In this document: positions 17,332 through 27,200 of the stretch, piece after piece
Layout of the letters: each line of letters begins with the position of its first letter
How positions within the stretch are numbered: position 1 is the stretch's first letter
IMG/VR virus record: IMGVR_UViG_3300012347_000350
Location: 1,401 to 65,400 of that record
Origin: a virus
Length of the DNA stretch: 64,000 bases
Reading direction: 5' to 3' (one strand)
Notes under the pieces: model-generated
Seen by the model: only the letters and a program-made list of their open reading frames with translations
Told to the model about the DNA's origin: nothing
The model's database searches: none
Translations under genes and position numbers: made by a program

Positions 17332-18069
17332 ATGAACATGCTCGCATCATTGACGACCGACTCCTCTATTGCCGAAGAAAAAGATTCCGTAGGCGGTGGT
17401 GGTGTACTCGAGTCTGGCATCTACGCAGCCAAGATCGCACTGGCCTACATCACCAAATCAGCTGGTGGTGCATTGGGCTTGGTCTTGAACCTGAAGACTG
17501 ACGCCGGCCGCGAGATCCGTCAAACCTTGTGGATGACTTCTGGCACTGCCAAGGGCTGCAAGAACTACTACGAGAAAGATGGCCAGAAGAACTATTTGCC
17601 TGGCTTCAACCATGCAAACAGCTTGGCCCTCTTGACCGTTGGCAAAGAGATCTCTGCACTGGAAACCGAGACCAAAGTGGTCAACGTCTACAGCGCTGAA
17701 GCCAAAGCCGAAGTGCCCACGAAAGTGGAAATGCTGATGGACTTGCTCGACCAAGACATCATCGTTGGCTTGATCAAGCAAACGGTCGACAAGACCAAGA
17801 AGAACGAATCCACCGGTGTCTACGAAGCCACTGGTGAGACTCGTGACGAGAACGAGATCGACAAGTTGTTCCGTGCGCGCGATCGCATGACGACTGCCGA
17901 GATCCGTGCTCAAGCCGAAACTGCAACCTTCATCGACACCTGGGATGCCAAGTTCTCTGGCCAAACCAAGATGAAGGCCAAAGGCGCACAGGGTACTGCT
18001 GGAGCTCCCAAAGCTGCAGCTGGTGCCCCAGCCGCTGCCAAGAAGCCGACAACTAGCTTGTTCGCTTAA
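17332..18069 (+). CDS. ssb: Single-stranded DNA-binding protein / late transcription activator, N4 gp45-like
   Basis: 245 aa; YLPGFNHANSL; Ala/Lys-rich C-terminal tail ending SLFA; N4 synteny. Confidence 0.85.
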   Translation: MNMLASLTTDSSIAEEKDSVGGGGVLESGIYAAKIALAYITKSAGGALGLVLNLKTDAGREIRQTLWMTSGTAKGCKNYYEKDGQKNYLPGFNHANSLALLTVGKEISALETETKVVNVYSAEAKAEVPTKVEMLMDLLDQDIIVGLIKQTVDKTKKNESTGVYEATGETRDENEIDKLFRARDRMTTAEIRAQAETATFIDTWDAKFSGQTKMKAKGAQGTAGAPKAAAGAPAAAKKPTTSLFA

Positions 18070-18127
18070 TCTGCGCAGCATGAGGGCAGTGGCAACGCTG
18101 CCCTTCTCTTCTCTCTCTAGGACTCTC

Positions 18128-18316
18128 ATGACAACTCAAAAAATCGTGCTTCAGGTCTCGTTGAATGACGCCGGCAACATCATGAACGCCTTGAACTCCA
18201 AGGCCAATGATCTCGTTGGCATCATCAATGTGATCCAAGCTCAGGTGTCTGCGCAAGTAGCACCTGCTCAACCTCCAGCCCCTCCAACACCTCCTGGTGA
18301 CGGTACGGCTGAGTGA
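18128..18316 (+). CDS. Small hypothetical protein
   Basis: ATG 18128 after AGGA; amphipathic helix plus Pro-rich tail. Confidence 0.55.
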   Translation: MTTQKIVLQVSLNDAGNIMNALNSKANDLVGIINVIQAQVSAQVAPAQPPAPPTPPGDGTAE

Positions 18317-18407
18317 TTCCCTCATGCGGTCAAAAGCTGAGGCTGTCAGAGGGTGGGTCACTGCTCTCTGTATCCCAGTGAGTAGGCTGCACTCTTAGAA
18401 AGACCAC

Positions 18408-18698
18408 ATGACTGAACAACCACAAGAAAACGTGATTCCCAGCCGAGTGACTGTCAGCGACATGGAAGCCAAGATCAAGATGACGATTTATCAACGTCTT
18501 GAAGGAACGACCACGACGATCTGCCAGATCACAATGCAGAACGGTTTCACCGTCACAGGGACCAGCGCATGCGTTGATCCGAAGAACTACAACCAGGCCC
18601 TAGGCGAGAAATACGCCTACGAGCAAGCGTTCAACAAACTCTGGGAGCTGGAAGGCTACCTGTTGTTGCAACGTCGTTTCGAGGCAGGTCTGCAATGA
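18408..18698 (+). CDS. N4 Gp49/Sf6 gp66-family protein (possible Acb4-type sponge)
   Basis: TTTICQITMQNGFTVTGTSACVDPKNYNQALGEKYAYEQAFNKLWELEGYLL is the Gp49-family signature. Confidence 0.8.
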   Translation: MTEQPQENVIPSRVTVSDMEAKIKMTIYQRLEGTTTTICQITMQNGFTVTGTSACVDPKNYNQALGEKYAYEQAFNKLWELEGYLLLQRRFEAGLQ

Positions 18699-19180
18699 AA
18701 CAGTTCATCGGCGTCAAACTGATCCATGCCAAACCAATGACACGCGCTGAGTACAACGCTTATCGCGGCTGGGAACTCCCAGCTGACGAGAACGTCTCAG
18801 ATGCAGGATTCCTGGTTGAGTACCTGGATGGCGGCAAGGCCAACACCCCAGACCATGCTGGCTATGTCAGCTGGTCACCAGAAGACGTGTTCAATCGCGC
18901 CTACAAGCCCACCGACGGCATGTCCTTCGGCCTGGCTGTGGAAGCGATGAAGCAAGGCTTCAAGGTGTCCCGTGAGGGCTGGAATGGCAAAGGCATGTTC
19001 CTCTACTACGTCACTGCTGACTACTACCCTGTGAAGATGCCAGCAGCAAAATCGTTCTTTGGTGAGAACAGTCTCGTTCCGTACCGAGACTACATCGCCA
19101 TGAAGACGGCAAACAATGACGTGGTGCCATGGGTGGCCAGTCAATCGGACATCTTGTGCAACGACTGGAGCATCGTATGA
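18695..19180 (+). CDS. Two-domain protein with C-terminal DUF2829 (Tad2-like Thoeris anti-defence) domain
   Basis: MSFGLAVEAMKQGFKVSREGWNGKGMFL...PWVASQSDILCNDW; separate ~70-aa N-terminal domain ending WSPEDVFNRAY. Confidence 0.8.
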   Translation: MKQFIGVKLIHAKPMTRAEYNAYRGWELPADENVSDAGFLVEYLDGGKANTPDHAGYVSWSPEDVFNRAYKPTDGMSFGLAVEAMKQGFKVSREGWNGKGMFLYYVTADYYPVKMPAAKSFFGENSLVPYRDYIAMKTANNDVVPWVASQSDILCNDWSIV

Positions 19181-19479
19181 GTGAAAACCAAACAGCTCCA
19201 GAAGCAACCCAAGAAGTCGAGACCATCCAGGTCGATGACTTGAACCAGTTCGTCACGCTACTCAATCGCTGGCACGATACCAAGGTGCGTCTGCTCAAAC
19301 ACATGGAGCAGATTCCCGAAGGCACCGTGATCGAGATCGATGGCAAGGACGAGGAGTTCACAGGCGATCTGCGCCGTGGCTTCATGCTGGGCATCACCGT
19401 CTCTTTGTCGGAGCTTGGCAACCTCCCGTTTGCTGCTGAAGTAGACGAAACGCCGCCGGCTGCAAATGACCCTGCCTAA
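19177..19479 (+). CDS. Conserved N4-like hypothetical protein
   Basis: ATG overlaps the upstream stop (ATGA); acidic; ends ELGNLPFAAE. Confidence 0.7.
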   Translation: MSENQTAPEATQEVETIQVDDLNQFVTLLNRWHDTKVRLLKHMEQIPEGTVIEIDGKDEEFTGDLRRGFMLGITVSLSELGNLPFAAEVDETPPAANDPA

Positions 19480-20053
19480 AAGCAGAGTCATCAAAGTCGT
19501 CGGACAAGATCCCAGTCTTCGCAACTGGGGTCTAGCCGTTGGCTCCTTGGATCTGGAAACCAAAAAGCTCACGATCGACTTTGTTGATCTGACCAATCCT
19601 GTCTTGCCTACCGGCAAGCAAGTGCGTCAGAATAGCAGCGATCTTGAGTCAGCACTCCAGCTTTATAAAGGAGCTACTGACGTCTCAATAGGCGCGCATG
19701 CAGTGTTTGTAGAAGTCCCGGTTGGCAGTCAATCTGCTCGAGCGATGGCTTCCTACGGCATCTGTGTGGGCGTCCTTGGGGCATTACGAGCGAACGGTAT
19801 CCCCTTCTTCGAAGTGACCCCAACAGAGGTCAAGCTTGCGAGTGTGGGCAACAAGACAGCCACCAAGCAAGACATGATCAAGTGGGCAATGGCCAAGCAT
19901 CCCGAAGCCAATTGGCCCACTTATAAGCAGAATGGCTCTACCATGGTCAGTGAAGCGAAAGCCGAACACATGGCAGATGCCATCGCTGCGATCTATGCGG
20001 GCATGACCTGCAATTCGTTTCAACAAGTGCTGCCGTTCCTGGCAGCCAATTAA
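19466..20053 (+). CDS. RuvC-like Holliday junction resolvase
   Basis: VVGQDPSLRNWGLA, VFVEVP, EVTPTEVK...ATKQDMI.WA, EHMADAIA catalytic pattern. Confidence 0.85.
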   Translation: MTLPKSRVIKVVGQDPSLRNWGLAVGSLDLETKKLTIDFVDLTNPVLPTGKQVRQNSSDLESALQLYKGATDVSIGAHAVFVEVPVGSQSARAMASYGICVGVLGALRANGIPFFEVTPTEVKLASVGNKTATKQDMIKWAMAKHPEANWPTYKQNGSTMVSEAKAEHMADAIAAIYAGMTCNSFQQVLPFLAAN

Positions 20054-20063
20054 GGGAATACCC

Positions 20064-20393
20064 ATGCAAATTCAATTCAAGCAAGCAGAAATCACCGCTG
20101 CACTGAAGCAGTACATCGTTGCCCAAGGCATCAACCTGAATGGCAAGAGCGTGGACATCGCGTTCTCTGCCACTCGTGGTGCTGCCGGCATCGTGGCTGA
20201 CGTGACCATCGAAGAAACCGAAATCCCCGGTTTCACCGATAGCGTCGGTGATGACACTGTGAAGCCTGTACTTGCTGTGGTTCAACCTGCAGTGGCCAAG
20301 GCCGCGATTGCAACAGAAGCCGTGGCTCAACCCATGGCCGAAGCGCAAGAAGCGGCTGAAGCACCCAAGACCACGAGCCTGTTTGGCGGTTAA
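20064..20393 (+). CDS. Conserved N4-like hypothetical protein
   Basis: MQIQFKQAEI.AALKQYI..QGINL; ends KTTSLFGG, resembling the SSB tail (KPTTSLFA). Confidence 0.75.
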   Translation: MQIQFKQAEITAALKQYIVAQGINLNGKSVDIAFSATRGAAGIVADVTIEETEIPGFTDSVGDDTVKPVLAVVQPAVAKAAIATEAVAQPMAEAQEAAEAPKTTSLFGG

Positions 20394-20405
20394 TCACCGC
20401 TGGAC

Positions 20406-20579
20406 ATGGAGACTCTTAGAGCCTTCGGTTACCTGGTAGCCGCTGTTGTGGTCGTCGGTGTACTCGCGTCATTCGGTGCTTTTGTGATGGCAGTTGTCAC
20501 AGCCGTAGGGTTCGCCCTATGCGTGTTGACTGTCATTGCCTTTGTTGCCGCATGCTTCAAAGAGTACTTCGAGAAATAG
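20406..20579 (+). CDS. 57-aa membrane protein
   Basis: Translated by hand (METLRAFGYLVAAVVVVGVLASFG...FKEYFEK); almost entirely hydrophobic; below the track cut-off. Confidence 0.6.
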   Translation: METLRAFGYLVAAVVVVGVLASFGAFVMAVVTAVGFALCVLTVIAFVAACFKEYFEK

Positions 20580-21246
20580 GATCTGGCCTACCCAGGCTAG
20601 GTGCTTTACCCGTTACGTCTGCCATGACGGGTAATAAAATGCAGACCGACTGATCCCCGTAAGGGATCACTATCATGAGTGGGGACTGACACCGGGTTAG
20701 CGCCGGTGTTCACAGCGATTGCTATGAGACTCCTTCCCCACACTGCTTTATGTGAGCAGTCCCCACCCATGATGGTGAAAACCAAACAGACCCTGCGCTC
20801 ATTAACCCTATGCAGCTACAGTAACAGGGCCTGTTTGGCGAATATTGTTCTATCTCCGCTGTTCCGTCGGAGCCTACGCTCAAAAATGAACGGAACCACC
20901 ATCAACCTATTACCCTTGGGGAGTTATGACCCTGACCGTCCGCCCGGAGTAGAGGGGTGCGGCACAAGCTGGATTGTTTGTAATTGCGTCATGAGAAAGC
21001 CTGGAGAGCAGAAGTCCAGCAGAACGGCTTGACAGATCGGAGAGACGATCACCTAACATTAACGAGCAGCGGTAATACACGATCAACCAGCATGAGTCGC
21101 CAAGGTAGTGCACTAACCCTTGGGGCAAGCAATAGTGCAAGAACATTCGTGTGACACTTCGGAGAGACGAAGACCTTCAAGAATGGGGACGAATTATCCG
21201 GCGATAGAGTGGCAACCCAGCCACCCGTCCCCACCCTTGAGTGTTA
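20580..21246 (+). ncRNA. Putative large, highly structured ncRNA (strand tentative)
   Basis: About 665 nt with no credible CDS and more than 12 nested helices, multi-way junctions and a duplicated TCGGAGAGACGA hairpin (see findings). Confidence 0.65.
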
Positions 21247-24200
21247 CTTGACCAGTGCCATACCTGCCTGCACGGTCAAGAGATCATCCAAGACACTCGG
21301 CAGGTTGGCCGCGCCGCCCTTGAACGGTGTGTTGCCCACATGATGAACCAGTGAAGAGTCCAGAACGATGGGCCCTAAATTCACAAATCGGTTCAACAGA
21401 ATCATCCCCAATACCCTGGCAGGACGCTCCCTTGCGGTTTCCATCAACACGCGCTGCACACGGTAGAAGTACTTCATGAACGGGGTAAAGCCCATGTCAT
21501 CGAGGTACTGCAAGTTGCGCTGCATCGGCACGTCGTAGTGCACGAACGCGTTCAACGCCTTCATGACTGCCTTCTCGTGGCTCATCGGCTCCTTGCCTGT
21601 GGTCAGGTGCTCGTACATCGCATAGCGAGCCACGAAGTCTGAGTACTGCGTTGCACGGCTCAAGACCTTGTAAAGCGGCGTGTCGTGGGTCATGTAGACC
21701 ACCTTGCCTGCCTTGCGGATCGGCTCAGGAATCTTGCTGGTCCACTGCTCGAGCTTCTCAGCCAGCTCGCTCTTGTAGCTGTACGGGTCTTCCTGCAGGT
21801 CCACGTCTTCGACGATGGTAGGCATCAAGCCTGCATCGACCAGACGGGTCACTGGGTTGCGCGCAATCGCATCCTTCAAACGAATCACTTCCTGCCCCAA
21901 GCGCTTGCGATCGTTGCCGGCATAGCCACTGTCAAGCTTAAGCTCCAGTTCCATCAAACGCTTGCTGTCATCTTCGTAGGCCATGATGCCGCGCAGTGCT
22001 GTCCACTGACGCTTCCAACCGTCATCGACACCCAGCAACCAGAGCATCGACACGTTGCTGTGGATGTTGCCCAGCAAAGTCACCAAGTTCTTGACGACCA
22101 CGATGTCTTTGACTTCCTTGTAGATCTCCTGCCAGCCGCGCTCACCCTTGACCACTGCAGCGCCCAGACGCTTGGCCCAGTCATCAGCAGCATCCGTGTT
22201 CATGCCACGGTACAAAGCCAACGAGTGGAAGAGCTCGCGCGCAGTCTTCTGCAAGCCATCCAAGTCACCACGCTCCTTGTTCAGGAAATCTCCAGCCGAC
22301 AACTTGCGGTAGCCGAAGATGATGTCCATCGAGTCCTTGCGGATCATGATGGCATCACGGCCCCAGATCTTGCGGATGTCCATACGGGCCTGCTCAGGCA
22401 ACAGGTTCCAGAGCTCACGGTTCTCAGGATCGCTCGAGAGCGGACCGACTTCCGTGTAGGACCATGGGGTCACACTCTTTTCGACCGTGTACTGGTCCAA
22501 CAGTGCGCCGATTGCCTGCTCGTTCAGCTCACGGCCCTTGTGCTTGTCGATGATCGAGCCAGCCAAGGTACCCATCACCTTGTCGAAGCGGTTCTCACGC
22601 TTCAAGGTTGTGTCCTTGGTGTGACCACCCATCAGGTGAGTCCAGTTGACCACGTTACCGTTGTCATCAAAAACCGGGGAGACGTTCACCTGCTTGTTGG
22701 CCGAGGGATCGAAGTTCACATTCGACGCCATGGCAGCCAACTCACCCTGCTTGGCGATGTTCACCGAGTTCTGCAGCGACGCATTCCAGGTTCCCTGGTA
22801 GGTGTTCGTGTTCATGAACCCGTTGTGGATCGTCGTGCCCTTGGCCTTCATGCCTGTCAGCGACATCACTCCCGACACGCGGCGAGTCATTCCACCGTCA
22901 CGGCGGATGTACAGATGCTGCTTGACCCCGTAGGCACCAGACGCATCCGGCACGTTTTTGTCGGACGTCACCGCATCAGCTTTCTCGTAGCCTTGAGCCA
23001 CCAGTCGAGCACCCTCGATCTCGTTGGCCACCTCGATCGTCACGTAGGCATCGTAGATTTCAGGCGTGTAGCCATGGATCATCTGCACTGGGTTGCCGTT
23101 GAAGAGGCGATCCAACGATTCCTGCTCCATGTCCTTGTGCAACTTCAGCATCAGGTCGACCCCGTTGCCATCGGTGCGCACATTCTCTTGCTCCATCACC
23201 GCAGCCACTGCTTGACGCTGAGCCATGGTGCTGTACTTGATCGCATAGAGCGCGACCAGCGTAGCAATCTTGGCTTCTTCCTGAGCGGCTTGCACTTCAG
23301 TGATCTGGCTTGCGTACTGGGTGCCCAGCATGCGCGCAATCACATGGGCGTTCTTCATCAAGAAGGGCACCGTGTTCAGGTCAGTCGCCTTGTAGTAGCC
23401 CAAGCCCTTGGCTTGGTTGATGTGCAAGGTCTTGAGGCCAGAAGACAGTGATGCCTCCACAGTGCTGATCTCTTGGTCCAGCGCCGCATTGCTGCCCACG
23501 ACTTGTGCAATCTGAGCCAACGAGTACTGGCCCAGCAGATGGTGCGCCCCACTTCGCAGCAGCACAGCCGTCAACGCTTTCTTGCTTTCCTTGGTCAGGC
23601 TCTTGCCGGCGTCCTTGAATTCCTTCACCAACACGCTGGCCGTTTGGGCAATGGCATTCTGGCGAAGGTTTTCGCTGTGCTTTGTCATCAACAACAACGC
23701 TTGCACCAGTTCCCCAGGGCCCTTCATTTCACGCATCAAGCCAGCCCAGATACCGTCACGCTCATCGGTTGCGTGGTCACGCAGACTGCGCAGTGCCGTC
23801 ATGACAGCAGCTGCACGACCCGAGGCCGCAACCTTGGCAATGTTGGCACCCCACTTCACTACCCCAGACGAGGAGTTGCGAACGATCGGGCTGTTGGCAA
23901 AGTCGATGACCTTCTGTTTGGCAGCATCGACCACACCCTTGGTCATGTCTTCGACGACATCGCCGTACTTCTGGAACTGGGAGTCACCGGCTTCTGCAGC
24001 AAAGCGGTGCTTGGCTTCGATGTCCATCAAACGATCGATCAACGCTTCCAACTTGGCATCAGCCTTCTGGCCGGCAAACGTGTTTGTCGCCTTGTGGTTG
24101 AAGTAGGCCAAGATCTGTTCGAACCAAGCATTCAAGCGGTCAAACAACGAGCCTTCATTACCCAAGTTCACGCGGCCGGCTTCTGTCTTGAAGTTCAACA

Positions 24201-27200
24201 GAGCCTTGAACTTCTCATTGGCCATGCCAATGGCAGCAAAGCGGGACAAGTAGTCCGAGCGGTCACCGTTGCCAGCTTCCACATCAAACACGAAGTCATA
24301 GTCAGCTTGCGTGAAGCCAGCATTGACAAAGTCTTGTGCTGTCAGCGTAGCCTTGGCTTCCGAAAACAACTTGTAGAGCTCGCGGTAAGCGGGCTTGGTG
24401 GTGATATCAGTGATGCTGAGTGCCGTAGCCACAGTGGCTTCGACCTGTTCCATCACGAACACTTCCTGTGCACTGGCAGCAAAGCCAGAGTTCACGAGCT
24501 TCGAGGCCAACACGGCTTGGCCAGATGCCAACACCTTGGACCATGCGTCGATCGGTGTAGCAGCAACCGTTGAGACCATGGCCGACTTCAGTGCACCCAT
24601 GGGACCGTAGACGGCTTGGACCATGCCAGTTAGTAGGTTGCTCAGGTGGCTTTGGAAGGCAGCGCTCACGTTGCCCTTGTCCAGCGCGCGGAACACCTGA
24701 GCGGTGCTGTACGGTGACCCGGGGTTCGTTGCTTGGCTTGCCTGGGACAGGTTCAGGCTGGTTGCCTTGGCATTCTGCTGAGCCGCATCGGCAAAGAGAC
24801 CCGACACGTTGCCCACCAGCACCGACAGACCACTGTTCAGGTTCTCATCTGGCTTCTTGTAGAGCATGCCCATCAGTGTGGAGATGAACTTCTCCATGCC
24901 GGTGATCAAGGCATTGCCACGGGTCTTGGACTCAAACGTGATCTGGGTCAACACTTCCTTCTGGAAGGCCAAGTTGCTCATGCCCCAAGCCACGAACTCT
25001 TGCACATCCACCAGTGCTGCATCGAACTGGGTCAGCCCGTTGGCAGCCGCAAACTCCTTGGCCTTGGCCATCAGCGATTCCAACTCAGCTACCAGCTTCT
25101 TGCCCTCGGCCGACGGATCAGTAATCGTCTTGGCTACGGCAGCATGGATCAGCTCATGCAACAACGTTTCTGCAGTCAAGCCAGAGTTCTTGAACTCAGG
25201 GCTCAACACGTAGATCGACTCGGCATTGCCCTTGACCACGTACCAGCCGCGCGATGGGGTCTTGGCCTTCTCGAGCACCTGATCGTCAGTGGTTCGCGCA
25301 GTCACGTACTGGATCGGCAAATCGGCTGAGACCACACGGCTCACCAGCTGGAGCAGCTTGCGGTTGACTGGGTTCAAGCGCCCTGCTGCAGACAGCAACT
25401 CAATGACCTGTTTGGCCGTAGCATTCGGGTTGACCCTGAAGAAATCCACCAGGTCACGGTCACTTGGGATCGCTGGCTTGCCAAGCTCACCCAGAGTGCT
25501 GCCACCCACGGTCTTATCTTGCTCCACTGCCACCGGTTCGGCTTTGACGGACGTCTCTGCCAAGGCCTTGTTCAGGCGCTCAGCAGCCGCAATCAACGCT
25601 GGGTTGACCGCAGATACCTGCAGGTGGTTTTGGAGGGCTTCCTGGGCGTTCTGGCGGTCCTGATCCGTCACGCGGTACTCACCGCCTTCCCAGGTGTACT
25701 GGTCGATGGCTGTCATCTGAGCCAAAGTCTCCAAGCGCACTTTGTTCGCATCGAATTGGGCCTGGAAAGCCAAGTCCAACACCACCGATGCCAGCTTCTC
25801 GTCAGAAACGCTCTTGCGCAGCGCGTAGGGCAGCTGTGCACGCAACGCTTGCTTGATGCCGGCCAGCGCCTGGGGTGACAACTCACCTGCATCGAGCATC
25901 TTGATCGTGTTCTCGACTGCACGCACCAGCATCTGGTAGCTCTCAGTGGCAGGAGAGAACTTCAACATGGCTTCCCATGTCGACTTGTTGATGGCCTTGG
26001 CTGTCTTCTCCACATTGCCCACGCCGTTGGCGGCTTCGTCGTGCACGTTCAGCGTTTCGGTCCCGATCAGGGACATGTGCATGATGAAACTGTCCAGCGA
26101 GTGCATGAAGTACGGCAAGCCAGCCACACCGGGGCTGCGTTCGCTCTGAGTCACTGCTTGGCCGTTCATGGTCGACACGGGGTAGCCGTTCTTCTTCGGA
26201 ATGCGCTTGCCCAACTGAATCTTCACGCGGTTGCTGGTCTCGTCGCTCGTGGCCGGATTGGTCTTGGCCATGTACAAGCCCGCATCCAACTGGTTGTCGT
26301 CCACGGTGTAGGCCGTGTTGGCAAACGGGAGGATCGCTTGGACCTTCTCACGCAGCGCCTTCTCTTGAGCCACGGTCATGTTGTGGATCGGTACCTTCTT
26401 GCCGTCACGTTCAACCGTGTCAATCTCGCCAGCGTCAATCAAGCGCTGGATCTCATTGGCCCGCAGGTCTTGGTAGATCGCGTTGTAGATCTCGAACGAT
26501 CCTTGAATCGTGCGGTTGATCTCGTTGCGGCGGTTCAGGTACGTCTCGAAGTAGCCCTTCATGGTCTCTTCGACTCGTGAACCGATTTGCTCGTAGAACT
26601 TCTCAGCCAGCTTCTGGCGGTCGGCCTTGGTGAAAGGACGTGCCATCAACGCTTCGATCGAAGTGTTCTCAGACATCTGGGTGCCGAGCAACGTGTTCAA
26701 GCCACGGATCAAGTCCACGCGGCTGGTCTTCTTGTCTTGGCCAGTGGCCACCGCTTCGATGCGGTCGATCACTTGCTGGACGAAAGCTTCCTGCATGCTG
26801 CGCACCGAACCATCAATGGATGAACCAAAGATGAAAGCGGTCAGCGGCGTCTTGGCTAGTTTGCGACCGTCGGAGGTGACTTTCTCGTTCTTGTCGATCA
26901 ACTCCTTGGTGAAAACGCTGATTGCCGCAAAATCTTTAGTCACGGCAATGCCGTTCAGGATCTGGTAGGCCAAGTCTTCGTACAGGTCCAGGCTGGTTGC
27001 GCGCTCGTACCAGTGGTTGTAGTTGACGACGCCGTCATCACCTTTGTACATGCCGCCACGGTTCAGTCGAGCAAAGAGCTCCTTGACCGTCTCTGCAGCA
27101 CCCAAAGCCAACTGGGTCAGGATCGGGCCGTTGGTCTTGCCGTCCACACCTACCAGCATGTGCACGGTGACTTCACCAACATCAGCTCCTCCTGCGCGCT

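Noticed and set aside
21003-21031. GAGCAGAAGTCC...CAGAACGGCTT resembles RNase P CR-I and CR-V
   Set aside because: The two motifs are adjacent and form a local hairpin; in RNase P they are far apart and form P4.
20679-21146. ORFs 20679..21032 (+), 20910..21146 (-) and 21049..21234 (-) in the structured region
   Set aside because: No convincing RBS, no recognisable motifs and no coupling to neighbouring genes. The nested complementarity is better explained by RNA structure.
20580-21246. Group I/II intron, tmRNA, tRNA cluster or retron msr-msd as an explanation of the structured region
   Set aside because: It interrupts no gene. I saw no domain V, no T-arm GTTCGA or CCA end, no tag ORF, and no reverse transcriptase in the window.
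21685-24573. Long antisense ORFs (588 aa and 366 aa; also 37522..38862 and similar)
   Set aside because: Shadow frames opposite vRNAP and MCP, expected from GC-biased codon usage; no motifs.
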